Positions 30,814 through 46,558 of a stretch of DNA of 64,000 nucleotides are shown one piece after another (the stretch's first letter is position 1; every line of letters begins with the position of its first letter). The notes beneath the pieces are model-generated. The model worked only from the letters and a program-made list of their open reading frames with translations, was not told the DNA's origin and did no database searches. The DNA is from an uncultured Veillonellaceae bacterium (GTDB lineage: Bacteria > Bacillota > Negativicutes > JARBTT01). The stretch lies in NCBI GenBank assembly GCA_963805085.1, contig CAWDTA010000005.1:192001-256000 (forward strand), written 5' to 3'. The position numbers and the translations under genes are program-made.

Positions 30814-31785
30814 ATGCGGTCTAGTATATTGGAGTTACTTAGAAATGCGTCAGGCTATATCTCCGGCGAAGAAATAGCAAAGAAGATGAATGTGTCGAGG
30901 ACAGCTGTATGGAAGCATATTCGTGAGTTAAAACAAGCAGGGTATGCGATTGAAAGTCATTCACGGAGTGGTTATAGTTTAGTGAAAACTCCAGATTTAT
31001 TACTGCCAAATGAGATAAAATCGGTTCTTAAAACGAAACGTTTAGGTAAGAGCATAAAGCATTTTGATGATCTTGTGTCAACAAATATTGAAGCAAAACA
31101 ATTAGCAGCGAATGGGGCTGAGGAAGGGACTATTGTCGTAAGTGAAGCGCAAAATGGCGGACGCGGTAGACTTTCCAGAGGTTGGTATTCTCCAGCACAT
31201 AAAGGAATTTGGTTTTCTATTATTTTACGTCCAGTCTTGTTACCACAAGATGCTCCCAAATGCACATTAATGGCGGCCGTTGCTATTACAAAAGCAATTG
31301 ATAAAATCACAGGTATTAAATGTGGCATTAAGTGGCCCAATGATATCTTATATGATGGCAAAAAATTGGTGGGCATCTTAACGGAAATGAATGCAGAAAT
31401 GGAAGGCATCAACTATATTGTTATTGGTACAGGGATTAATGTCAACATTGCAAAAGATGAAGTACCGGAAGAATTAAAGGATATTGTGACATCGCTCTCC
31501 CAAATAAAAGGAGAACGTGTAGATAGACTGGGGCTATTAGCTGAAGTCTTGGTTCAGATCGAGGAGATTTATGACGAAGCCCTAACCAATGGGTTTGGCG
31601 GAATCTTTGATCAATGGCGTAAATATTCTATTACTTTAGGACAAGAAGTCAATGTCATTGGCATTAATAAAACCTTTACTGGTCTAGCAATGGATATTGA
31701 TGCAGATGGTGCCTTGCTTGTAAAAACGGGAACAGGAGTTAAGCGTGTTTTAGCTGGAGATGTATCAATTAGACCGAAAATATAA
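30814..31785 (+). CDS. birA: bifunctional biotin ligase/repressor
   Basis: [12 protein letters not shown]; GRGRLSR, KWPND, KLVGIL. Confidence 0.96.
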   Translation: MRSSILELLRNASGYISGEEIAKKMNVSRTAVWKHIRELKQAGYAIESHSRSGYSLVKTPDLLLPNEIKSVLKTKRLGKSIKHFDDLVSTNIEAKQLAANGAEEGTIVVSEAQNGGRGRLSRGWYSPAHKGIWFSIILRPVLLPQDAPKCTLMAAVAITKAIDKITGIKCGIKWPNDILYDGKKLVGILTEMNAEMEGINYIVIGTGINVNIAKDEVPEELKDIVTSLSQIKGERVDRLGLLAEVLVQIEEIYDEALTNGFGGIFDQWRKYSITLGQEVNVIGINKTFTGLAMDIDADGALLVKTGTGVKRVLAGDVSIRPKI

Positions 31786-31816
31786 TGATGAAGATTACTT
31801 GGAGGAATTTCTAAGC

Positions 31817-32581
31817 ATGTTATTAGTATTTGATATTGGTAATAGTAATATAGTATTAGGTGCATATAAAGATGATAAACTTCTCACGCATTGGCGTATT
31901 TCAACAGATCGTCAAAAAACTGGTGATGAGTATGGGATGTTAATCAACAATTTGTTTAACTTCCACGGCTTAAAAATGACAAATATTAAAGCAATTATTA
32001 TTTCTTCGGTTGTACCGCCACTGGTTGTACCGTTAACTAAAATGTGTAAACGTTATTTTAATATTGATCCTTTGGTTGTCGGTCCTGGCATCAAAACAGG
32101 AATTCGTCTAAAATATGAAAATCCACGGGAAATCGGTGCTGATCGTATTGTAAATGCAGTTGGAGCTTATGAACGATTTGGCGGGCCTTTGATTATTATT
32201 GACTTTGGGACAGCGACAACCTTTTGTGCCATTGCAGAAAATGGTGATTATTTGGGTGGGGCGATTGCCCCAGGAATTGGTATTTCCAGTGAAGCCTTAT
32301 TCCAACGGGCTGCGAAGTTACCACGTATTGAATTGATAACACCAAAATCTGTGATTTGCCGCAATACAGTAGCGAGTATGCAATCTGGTATTATTTATGG
32401 TTTTACTGGACAAGTCGATGAAATTGTTAGAAGAATGAAAGAAGAGCTTGGGCAAGAGGCAAAAGTGATTGCGACGGGCGGACTGGCCAACTTAATTGCT
32501 AAAGAATCTAAGACGATTGATGTGGTGGAACATTTCTTAACTTTGGATGGTCTAAATATTTTATATAAACGTAATTCATGA
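31817..32581 (+). CDS. coaX: type III pantothenate kinase
   Basis: DIGNSN, GADRIVN, DFGTATT; GGAGG RBS before ATG 31817. Confidence 0.96.
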   Translation: MLLVFDIGNSNIVLGAYKDDKLLTHWRISTDRQKTGDEYGMLINNLFNFHGLKMTNIKAIIISSVVPPLVVPLTKMCKRYFNIDPLVVGPGIKTGIRLKYENPREIGADRIVNAVGAYERFGGPLIIIDFGTATTFCAIAENGDYLGGAIAPGIGISSEALFQRAAKLPRIELITPKSVICRNTVASMQSGIIYGFTGQVDEIVRRMKEELGQEAKVIATGGLANLIAKESKTIDVVEHFLTLDGLNILYKRNS

Positions 32582-32713
32582 TTTCTTGTTAAAACGAATT
32601 TACAGAGTGGGTTGCATACCTACGCTTTTTTCGGTAAAATAATAAAAATGTTGAAGGGCAGACCAATGTGTCTGCCTTTCGTTATCAATATCAATAAAGA
32701 GGTGATTGAGTAG

Positions 32714-33673
32714 ATGAGAATAGGTAATGTTGAAATAGATGGAAAAGTTTTTTTAGCGCCAATGGCAGGGGTTACAGATTTGCCGTATCGTATTTTAGCC
32801 CGTGAACTTGGCTGTAGCTTACTTTATTCAGAAATGATCAGTGATAAGGGAATCAATTATCGTAATTGTCATACGCTTGAAATGTTAAAAAGCGAAGAGC
32901 GCGAACGACCACTGGCTTTGCAGTTATTCGGGGCTGAGCCAAATAGTATTGCTGAGGCTGCAAAATATGTCGACAATTTAGGCATTGCTGATATTATTGA
33001 TATCAATATGGGCTGTCCTGCACCGAAGGTAGTAAAGAATAATGAAGGTTCTGCCTTGATGAAAGATCCAAAACTTGCTGCAGAGATTATGAAAGCTGTC
33101 GTAAAAGCGGTGAATGTGCCAGTTACCGTAAAGATTCGCAAAGGGTGGGACGCAAAATCCGTCAATGTTGTCGAAATGGCGAAAATAGCAGAAGCATCAG
33201 GCATTGCTGCGATTGCAATTCATGGCAGAACGCGCGAAGAATATTATACAGGACATGCGGACTGGGATATCATTGCAGAAGTGAAGCAGCAGATTAATAT
33301 TCCTGTCATTGGTAATGGTGACATTCGCACCTGCCAGGATGCAAAGCGAATTTTTGAAAAGACGAATTGTGATGCAATTATGATTGGTCGAGCGGCGCAA
33401 GGAAATCCTTGGATTTTTAGAACGCTAAGACATTTTCTCAAGACAGGTGAGGAATTACCAGTACCAACGCTAGAAGAACGTAAAGAAATTATTCGTCGTC
33501 ATTTAGATATGTTGTTAGAATACAAAGATGATTACATTGGACCGCGGGAAATGAGAAAACATGCTACTTGGTATACAAAAGGATTGCCATATTCAGCAGA
33601 GCTTCGTTTAAAATTTAACCAGGCCGAATCAAGGGAAGACTTTTGGCAAATTTTAGATTCGATGAATGCGTAG
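32714..33673 (+). CDS. dusB: tRNA-dihydrouridine synthase B
   Basis: LAPMAG, NMGCP, HGRT, GNGDI, IGRAAQGNPW. Confidence 0.95.
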   Translation: MRIGNVEIDGKVFLAPMAGVTDLPYRILARELGCSLLYSEMISDKGINYRNCHTLEMLKSEERERPLALQLFGAEPNSIAEAAKYVDNLGIADIIDINMGCPAPKVVKNNEGSALMKDPKLAAEIMKAVVKAVNVPVTVKIRKGWDAKSVNVVEMAKIAEASGIAAIAIHGRTREEYYTGHADWDIIAEVKQQINIPVIGNGDIRTCQDAKRIFEKTNCDAIMIGRAAQGNPWIFRTLRHFLKTGEELPVPTLEERKEIIRRHLDMLLEYKDDYIGPREMRKHATWYTKGLPYSAELRLKFNQAESREDFWQILDSMNA

Positions 33674-33791
33674 TAAAATTAATTAATTTGGGTAAAATAG
33701 CTTCAACTTCAAATTTGAGTTGAAGCTATTTTTATTTTATCTGGCACTTTGTAGAATGTTTTCATATTTACCGAAACGAGTTGATGAAAAA

Positions 33792-34700
33792 ATGAAACGC
33801 ATTGTTAGTATTAGTCTAGGTTCCTCTAAGCGAAATCATCAAGTCAATGTTTCCTTTGGCGATGAAACTTTTTTTTTAGAACGGGTTGGCACTGACGGTA
33901 ATAAAGCAAAAGCAATTGATTTATTGCATCGACTTTCTGGTAAAGTTGATGCATTTGGTCTGGGAGGAACAGATTTATACATATATGCGGGTGAAAAGCG
34001 ATATACATTTAGAGAATCAAAAGAATTTGTTAGAGCAGCAGGTTCAACACCGATCGTCGATGGTAGTGGGCTGAAAAATACATTAGAAAGACGTGTTGTT
34101 GAAAAATTACAAAAAGATAAAATTCTTGATTTTACGAATTTGCCAGTTCTATTAGTTTGTGGTGTTGATCGTTTTGGCATGGCAAGTGCATTGCACCAAT
34201 TAAAAAGTGATCTGGTATTTGGTGATTTATTATTTGGTTTAGGTGTGCCAATTGCGATACGAAATATTGCATATTTAAATAAGTTTGCCCATGTATTGGC
34301 ACCGATCATTACCAAGTTTCCGATTCGATATTTTTATCCAATCGGTAAAAAGCAAGAAGAAAGTAAACCAAGGTTTTCCGTCTATTTTAATCAAGCCAAA
34401 GTAATCGCTGGAGATTTTCATTTTATTAAGCGGTATATGCCAAAAAACATAGTCCAAAAGATTATTTTAACCAATACGGTAACTTCAGATGATAAAACGC
34501 TACTTTGCAAAGCTGGGGCTCAGATGCTTATCACGACGACACCAGAATTTGAGGGGCGGTCTTTTGGTACAAATATGATGGAAGCGATGCTTGTAGCAAG
34601 TAAAAATATAAATAAAAAAATGTTAACTTCAAAAGACTATGACCAGCTATTAAATGAATTTGATATGCAACCTCATATAGAATATTTCAATAAAAAGTAG
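33792..34700 (+). CDS. uncharacterised protein, partner of the downstream reductase-like gene
   Basis: MKRIVSISLGSS start; DAFGLGG, DGSGLKNTLE, GRSFGTNMMEA motifs; function unknown. Confidence 0.8.
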   Translation: MKRIVSISLGSSKRNHQVNVSFGDETFFLERVGTDGNKAKAIDLLHRLSGKVDAFGLGGTDLYIYAGEKRYTFRESKEFVRAAGSTPIVDGSGLKNTLERRVVEKLQKDKILDFTNLPVLLVCGVDRFGMASALHQLKSDLVFGDLLFGLGVPIAIRNIAYLNKFAHVLAPIITKFPIRYFYPIGKKQEESKPRFSVYFNQAKVIAGDFHFIKRYMPKNIVQKIILTNTVTSDDKTLLCKAGAQMLITTTPEFEGRSFGTNMMEAMLVASKNINKKMLTSKDYDQLLNEFDMQPHIEYFNKK

Positions 34701-34738
34701 AAAAGATAGTTTTACTTTGATTTTGAGGGGATGGTTAT

Positions 34739-35830
34739 ATGGAAAAATTTGCTTTTGTTTTACATCCATTGGAGACGATGGATTTTGCCCGTAAATATTC
34801 TATTGCCAAGAAGGTATCGCCAACTATACTAGAAGGTATCTTAAAATATATTCCACCAATAAAAGTTTCTCATATTTCAGGCATAACGTCACCTTATAAT
34901 GAAGCTGAAGGATGGTTTGTTGCCTGCCCGTTAACATCCAAGCAGATGATTACTTTATCAGAAGATTACGTGCTTAATAAAATTATCAAAACAGGAAGAC
35001 TTGCTGAAAAATTGGGAGCAAAAATTTTGGGCTTGGGAGCATTTACTTCAGTTGTTGGTGATGCTGGAATCACGATTGCAAAGAATCTGCAGATTCCTGT
35101 GACAACAGGTAACAGTTATACAGTTGCTACTGCAATAGCAGGAACGAAAAAAGCAGCAAGTATCATGGGGCTAGAAATGAAAAAAGCAAATGTGGTTATC
35201 TTGGGAGCTACAGGCTCAATTGGCGCAGCTTGTGCGCAAATTCTCGCTAGTGAAGTCAAGTATTTAACATTAGTAGCTCGCGATGAACTCAAGCTTGAAA
35301 AAGTTGCTAAGAAAATTTATGCTGATTTTGGTTTATCCGTGCGAATTACGAATCATAGTAAAGTGGCGTTACGTTCAGCAGATATCGTAATCGCAGTTAC
35401 AAGTGCGTTAGATAGTATCGTTGAAGTTGAAGATTTAAAAGTAGGTGCGATTGTTTGTGATGTTGCCAGACCGAGAAATGTCTCGCGAAAAGTTGCCCAG
35501 TTACGAGATGATATTTTAGTGATCGAAGGTGGCGTAGTAGAAGTGCCAGGAGATGTAAATTTTGGCTTTTCCTTTGGCTTTCCCGAAAAAATGGCGTATG
35601 CTTGTATGGCGGAGACGATGATTTTAGCATTGGAAGGGCGCTATGAAAGCTTTACATTGGGTAGGGAGCTGACTGTAAAACAAATTGAAGTGATGAGTCA
35701 ATTGGCTGATAAACATGGTTTTCGCCTGGCTGGATTAAGAAGTTTTGAGCGTGCGATTACCGCAGAAGAAATAAATCAAATTAAAAGCAATGTAGCGCAA
35801 AATGGCAAGGTAAGAAAGGATGCCGGTTAA
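34739..35830 (+). CDS. acyl-ACP reductase-like NAD(P)-dependent oxidoreductase
   Basis: GLGAFTS, TTGNSYT, GATGSIG, GGVVE, YACMAETMILALEG, KHGF, colinear with cyanobacterial AAR motifs. Confidence 0.75.
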   Translation: MEKFAFVLHPLETMDFARKYSIAKKVSPTILEGILKYIPPIKVSHISGITSPYNEAEGWFVACPLTSKQMITLSEDYVLNKIIKTGRLAEKLGAKILGLGAFTSVVGDAGITIAKNLQIPVTTGNSYTVATAIAGTKKAASIMGLEMKKANVVILGATGSIGAACAQILASEVKYLTLVARDELKLEKVAKKIYADFGLSVRITNHSKVALRSADIVIAVTSALDSIVEVEDLKVGAIVCDVARPRNVSRKVAQLRDDILVIEGGVVEVPGDVNFGFSFGFPEKMAYACMAETMILALEGRYESFTLGRELTVKQIEVMSQLADKHGFRLAGLRSFERAITAEEINQIKSNVAQNGKVRKDAG

Positions 35831-35842
35831 GATTAGAATTAA

Positions 35843-35871
35843 TTGACAAAAAGATTAAAAAAACATATAAT
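35843..35871 (+). promoter_or_regulatory. consensus sigma-A promoter of greA-lysS
   Basis: TTGACA-17bp-TATAAT. Confidence 0.9.
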
Positions 35872-36028
35872 GTTGAATAATTGGTAGGGTTGATATGACT
35901 TAAAGTGTCAAGTTATACTTGGCACTATTTATATTGCCGTAGCAGATTGTTTTTGAAATTGTATTTATTATTACTCTATTATGAATCGTCATATAACAAA
36001 GACTAAGAGTAAAAAGGAGCGCATATAA

Positions 36029-36505
36029 ATGGCTGAGAAGCAAGTAATGCTAACTGTAGAAGGACTTAAAAAGTTAGAAGAAAAACTTGAGCATTTAAAA
36101 ACAGTACGTAGAGGTGCTGTGGCTGAACGCATCAAACAGGCAATTGATTTTGGTGATATTAGTGAAAACTCTGAGTACGAAGATGCAAAAAATGAACAAG
36201 CATTTATTGAAGGGGAAATCATGACCCTTGAAAAAATGCTTCGTAATAGTCAGATCATTGAAGATGGTGCTGATAATGAAACAGTTCATTTAGGATGTAT
36301 TGTTATTATTAAAGATATGGAATTCGATGAAGACCTTAAATATACTATTGTTGGTTCGGCAGAAGCGGATCCTACAGAATTTAAAATATCAAACGAATCG
36401 CCTGTAGGGCAAGCGATTATTGGTCAAAGAGTTGGTAGTATTGTAGAAGTTCATGTACCAGCTGGTGTTTTAAAATATAAAATATTGGAAATTAGACACG
36501 CGTAA
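36029..36505 (+). CDS. greA: transcription elongation factor GreA
   Basis: [22 protein letters not shown]. Confidence 0.97.
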   Translation: MAEKQVMLTVEGLKKLEEKLEHLKTVRRGAVAERIKQAIDFGDISENSEYEDAKNEQAFIEGEIMTLEKMLRNSQIIEDGADNETVHLGCIVIIKDMEFDEDLKYTIVGSAEADPTEFKISNESPVGQAIIGQRVGSIVEVHVPAGVLKYKILEIRHA

Positions 36506-36587
36506 TCGTAATAGAGTGTAATTACTGATAGAAAATTTACGTTGTATTAGGTTAGGCTAGATGTAAGCGCTAGAGGAGAATGGTTAA

Positions 36588-38078
<1,491 letters not shown>

Positions 38079-38166
38079 TCTGATATAACGCCTAATCAAT
38101 TAGCGCTATAGAATTTACTTTTTTAATAGGTAATTTTTTATTACCATATAAAGATAATTACATTAG

Positions 38167-38210
38167 ATACTGTTCATGAGTTAGTGAAGCTCTTGGACAG
38201 TATTTTTTTT
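38167..38210 (+). terminator. intrinsic terminator
   Basis: ATACTGTTCATGAG / CTCTTGGACAGTAT + U8. Confidence 0.75.
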
Positions 38211-38367
38211 ATCTTTTTTGCTGGGAAAATAAATTAGTTTTCTTACGATATCATTTATACAAAAAAGTAAAAATCACTATATTGATCAATTCTTTTCGTT
38301 ACCATGCGACAACATGTATAATATTATTTCTATTTAGAGATAATAGAAATGAAAAGGAGGGATACAT

Positions 38368-38628
38368 TTGAGTAATATAATTTGGACATTAATTATCGGA
38401 GCAATAGCAGGCTGGCTGGCAGGTAAAGTCGTAAAAGGACATGGATTCGGCATATGGGTAGATGCGATTCTCGGGATCGTTGGTGCTTTTATTGGTAACT
38501 TTATACTCGGCATGTTTGGAATTGCAACTTTTGGGCTTATTGGAAGCCTAATAGCAAGTTTTGTCGGGGCAATGGTTCTTGTTTTGGTAATTAGTATGTT
38601 TTCCGGTAAAGAAAGTAACGCTCATTGA
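38368..38628 (+). CDS. GlsB/YeaQ/YmgE-family stress membrane protein
   Basis: IIGAIAGWLAG, LGIVGAFIG; AGGAGG RBS, TTG start. Confidence 0.9.
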   Translation: MSNIIWTLIIGAIAGWLAGKVVKGHGFGIWVDAILGIVGAFIGNFILGMFGIATFGLIGSLIASFVGAMVLVLVISMFSGKESNAH

Positions 38629-38792
38629 TTTTAATTTATCCACTATGAAATTATAAATACTAGCGTTCTATAGGCAATATCATGAAAGTAATATTGCAGT
38701 ATTAAATAAACTACTACTAAATACGTTGACGCGTAATTAGTAGTAGTTTTATTAATGTAATAAATGATACATACAAAATAATAAAAATGAAA

Positions 38793-38978
38793 AAACAGAT
38801 GACTTAGAACGAAAATAACAAGTCGGCAAGAGACGAATCTCGGGGCGGTACTAATTACGAGACCGCAATGAAGGCTAAACTCCCTTCGGTCAAACGTAAA
38901 GCCTTCAAAGCTATGATTTAGTTAAGATTCGTCTATGTTGCCTTTGTTGTGACATTTTCTTATGCAAATCATTTGTTT
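38793..38978. repeat. ~186-bp branched inverted-repeat element upstream of rrn promoters
   Basis: AAACAGATGA/TCATTTGTTT outer stem, AGACGAATCT/AGATTCGTCT inner stem, two apical hairpins. Confidence 0.6.
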
Positions 38979-39132
38979 GCGTTTAAAGGGAACGAATGAG
39001 TGGGTTCGTTTCAGCGGACTGAAACGTCACTGAAAGTTGTCTAGACTATTTAATCTAAGAGGAGTTTTCATTATAGGATAAGATAAAGTTTAATCCGTTA
39101 CAAGTATTTAAAAACTATTTTCAAAAACCATA

Positions 39133-39261
39133 TTGACATAACAAAACAAACAGTGTAATATAATACAAGTCGCCAACGAGATATGCGGACGACAAACGAA
39201 ACTCTTCTTAAAAAAGAATTTCAAAAATGTGTTGACAACAACTTGAACGTTGTGTTAATAT
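39133..39261 (+). promoter_or_regulatory. tandem rrn promoters P1/P2
   Basis: TTGACA at 39133 and 39232, each followed 17-18 bp later by TAATAT. Confidence 0.75.
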
Positions 39262-39471
39262 AAATGAGCTGACAACGCAAGACGTTAGCAAGTGTTCTCT
39301 GAAAACTAAACAATGTAGAAAAAATTAATGCCAGATGTGCACTGCACAGTTCTTCGTGAACTGTCAGTACTAGCAGCAGAGATGCTGCGTCGCGGTTCTT
39401 GAATCGCGAGTCAATTTCTTTATTATAAAGAAACAAAGAATTTAAAGAGCCTTTTAGGCTTTCTAATAAAT

Positions 39472-41146
<1,675 letters not shown>

Positions 41147-41489
41147 AGATATGAAGGTTTAAATGTACTTTCGTAATCCGAGGTCGACACATCTAATTAA
41201 TTCATTTACATTGTTTAGTTTTGAGGGAATACGAAAGTATGAACTCAAAAAAAGTGAAAAGTAGAGGTTCCTTACTAACGTGCGGAACTAAGCGATTCAC
41301 GAAAAAGCAGAAGCTTTTTGTTCTCTGCTTATGTTCTTTGAAAACTACACAGAAGAAAATAAAATGTATTTTAAGTTTTAAAGTACCTCTCAGAAGTGAG
41401 AGTAAATTAACGAGCATTTTAGGATTCAAAAAGATTAAATTAAGCATTTAAGTATAACTTAATGGCTATTTGATTTTAGTACAAAACTA

Positions 41490-41612
41490 GAACAGACTAG
41501 AAATGTACAGTTGCAAGGCGCACCGCAGGGAAAAGCGCGAGTCGTAATGAAAATTACGTCGAGTGATTTTACCGAGGAGCAACGAAGCAAATGTGCGTTT
41601 ATAGACGTGTTC
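41490..41612. repeat. structured element in the 16S-23S spacer related to the hpt-ftsH insert
   Basis: GAACA..AAATGTACAGTTGC / GCAAATGTGCGTTT..TGTTC stem; shares motifs with 22062..22181. Confidence 0.6.
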
Positions 41613-41624
41613 GAAGAGTACGAT

Positions 41625-44558
<2,934 letters not shown>

Positions 44559-44668
44559 AAAAAAAAGCCAGACATGCAAGCATGTCTAGATAAATAAAAG
44601 ATAACTAAAATGCAAAGAATACAATAATAAAACTTCTGTTTAGTTTTCAGAGAATATCTCTGAAAAGA

Positions 44669-44784
44669 TCTGGTGATGATAGCTATAGGGTACCACCTGT
44701 TCCCATACCGAACACAGTAGTTAAGCCTATACACGCCAATGATACTTGGGTGGAAACGCCCTGGGAAAGTAGGTAGTTGCCAGT
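44669..44784 (+). rRNA. rrf: 5S rRNA copy 1
   Basis: CCACCTGTTCCCATACCGAACACAGTAGTTAAG core; CTGGTGA/TTGCCAG helix I. Confidence 0.95.
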
Positions 44785-44788
44785 TAAA

Positions 44789-44904
44789 TCCAGTGATGAT
44801 ACCTAAGTGGTTCCACCTGTTCTCATACCGAACACAGTAGTTAAGCACTTAAAGGTCGAAAGTACTTGGGTGGAAACGCCCTGGGAGGATAGAAAGTTGC
44901 TGGT
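44789..44904 (+). rRNA. rrf: 5S rRNA copy 2 (divergent)
   Basis: CCACCTGTTCTCATACCGAACACAGTAGTTAAG core; CCAGTGA/TTGCTGG helix I. Confidence 0.93.
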
Positions 44905-44905
44905 T

Positions 44906-44938
44906 AAAAAGCCAATCGAATAGTTTCGCTTGGCTTTT
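44906..44938 (+). terminator. hairpin/terminator after second 5S
   Basis: AAAAGCCAA.CGAA / TTCG.TTGGCTTTT. Confidence 0.65.
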
Positions 44939-44945
44939 CTCATAT

Positions 44946-45022
44946 GGTGGCTGTGGTGAAGTGGTTAACACGCCGGATTGTGGCTCCGGTACTCGAGGGT
45001 TCGATCCCCTTCAGTCACCCCA
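44946..45022 (+). tRNA. tRNA-His(GTG)
   Basis: G-1:C73 identity pair, anticodon loop TTGTGGC, CCA. Confidence 0.97.
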
Positions 45023-45033
45023 TTTTATTTTAC

Positions 45034-45109
45034 AGGGGTATAGCTCAATTGGTAGAGTAGTGGTCTCCAAAACCATTGGTTGAGGGTTCAAGTCCTTCTG
45101 CCCCTGCCA
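45034..45109 (+). tRNA. tRNA-Trp(CCA)
   Basis: Anticodon loop CTCCAAA, GGTTCAAGTCC, CCA. Confidence 0.97.
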
Positions 45110-45137
45110 ACTTTATATTGAAATATTTATTAAGCAC

Positions 45138-45226
45138 GGAGTGGTACTCAAGAGGCTCAAGAGGACGGTTTGCTAAATCGTTAGGTGGGTAACCATGCGT
45201 GGGTTCGAACCCCACCCACTCCGCCA
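45138..45226 (+). tRNA. tRNA-Ser(GCT)
   Basis: Anticodon loop TTGCTAA, long variable arm, G discriminator plus CCA. Confidence 0.96.
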
Positions 45227-45238
45227 TTTTAAGAATTT

Positions 45239-45270
45239 ACGGTAACTGATAATATTCAGTTACCGTTTTT
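45239..45270 (+). terminator. terminator of rrn/tRNA operon
   Basis: ACGGTAACTGA / TCAGTTACCGT + TTTT. Confidence 0.85.
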
Positions 45271-45547
45271 GTATTTGCGATATTTTATAAATATAAGCAA
45301 TTTAAATGGTTAGCAATTTCTTTTATTATAAAGTAATTGATGAGTTTTACTTAAAATTTAAGCGAATTTAGTAATTTAATATTGTATATTCCCTGTGATC
45401 TGTTATAATGTAGTTATATTAAAAGTTGCAATGACGCACTTATCGATTTTTTGTCGATAGGTGTTTTTTTTCAGCTGAAAAAGTTAGGTTATTTTATAGG
45501 ATACCCAAAATATAATATAGAATCATAGTGATGAGAGGTTGATAAAT

Positions 45548-46558
45548 ATGGAAAAAGATACATTTGTAAAAATAGCAGAATCCATTGATAATTTGATGTG
45601 TACAGATATGGCGTCAAGAGGAATTATTACTCATTTATATGATGCCGCAAGAGCATTAGTAGCAGCGCCTCTTAGTTATACAGTAGCGAAAGCTTGTTTA
45701 GATAAATTAGAACCAATGGATAAGGTGATTATCGTGACTGGCTGGATTGATCAGCCATTGGTATCACCTGATCGTGGTGAATCAGATGGCCCCGCTGGTG
45801 CTGTTGCTTTGGCAAGGGCATTAAACGTAGCTTGCAAAGCATGCCCGATTATTATGGTAGATGAATGTTTAGTAGAATCGATGAAGGAAGTGGCACGTGC
45901 TTCAGGCTTTGAATGTGTGCCAGTAGAAAATCTTGAAAACTCAATCAAACTAAATCGCCTTAGAACATTATCGGTAGTTGGTTTCCCTCGTGGGCATGAA
46001 GCAGGAAAAGACTTTGGGAAAGAAGCTTTAGAAAAATATCAACCTAGGATGTGTATGTCTATCGAACGTGGTGGTATCAATGAAAAAGGCGTCATTCACA
46101 ATATGTTAGGCGCTGATACTGGCATAGAGCAAGCATTCATGGATTATATGTTTAATGATGCGCGTGAAAAGGGTATTTTTACAGTCGCTATCGGCGATGG
46201 TGGTAATGAACTTGGTATGGGGAATATCAAGGCTGCGGTACAAAAAGGAGTTCCTAATGGATTCAAATGTCAATGCCCATGCTGTTCAGGTATCGCAGTT
46301 GCCACAAAAGTTGATCTATTATTGGCATCTTCTATTTCCAATTGGGGCGCCTATGGGATTGCTACGATGATGGCAGCAATGAGTGGTAAATCTATAGCAC
46401 TCCAAACACCAGCAGAGGAAATACGTATTCTAGAAGCTTCAGCTAGAGCTGGCTTCCATGATGGCATGTTTGGCTGTTTAGGCACTAGTGTAGATGGCTG
46501 CCCAGCAGAATCTCATGTTTCAATCATTACCTTGATGCGTCAAGTCGCTAAGCTATAA
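45548..46558 (+). CDS. DUF4392 / D-glutamate cyclase-like protein
   Basis: ESDGPAGA, IERGG, IGDGGNELGMG, SNWGAYG. Confidence 0.8.
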   Translation: MEKDTFVKIAESIDNLMCTDMASRGIITHLYDAARALVAAPLSYTVAKACLDKLEPMDKVIIVTGWIDQPLVSPDRGESDGPAGAVALARALNVACKACPIIMVDECLVESMKEVARASGFECVPVENLENSIKLNRLRTLSVVGFPRGHEAGKDFGKEALEKYQPRMCMSIERGGINEKGVIHNMLGADTGIEQAFMDYMFNDAREKGIFTVAIGDGGNELGMGNIKAAVQKGVPNGFKCQCPCCSGIAVATKVDLLLASSISNWGAYGIATMMAAMSGKSIALQTPAEEIRILEASARAGFHDGMFGCLGTSVDGCPAESHVSIITLMRQVAKL

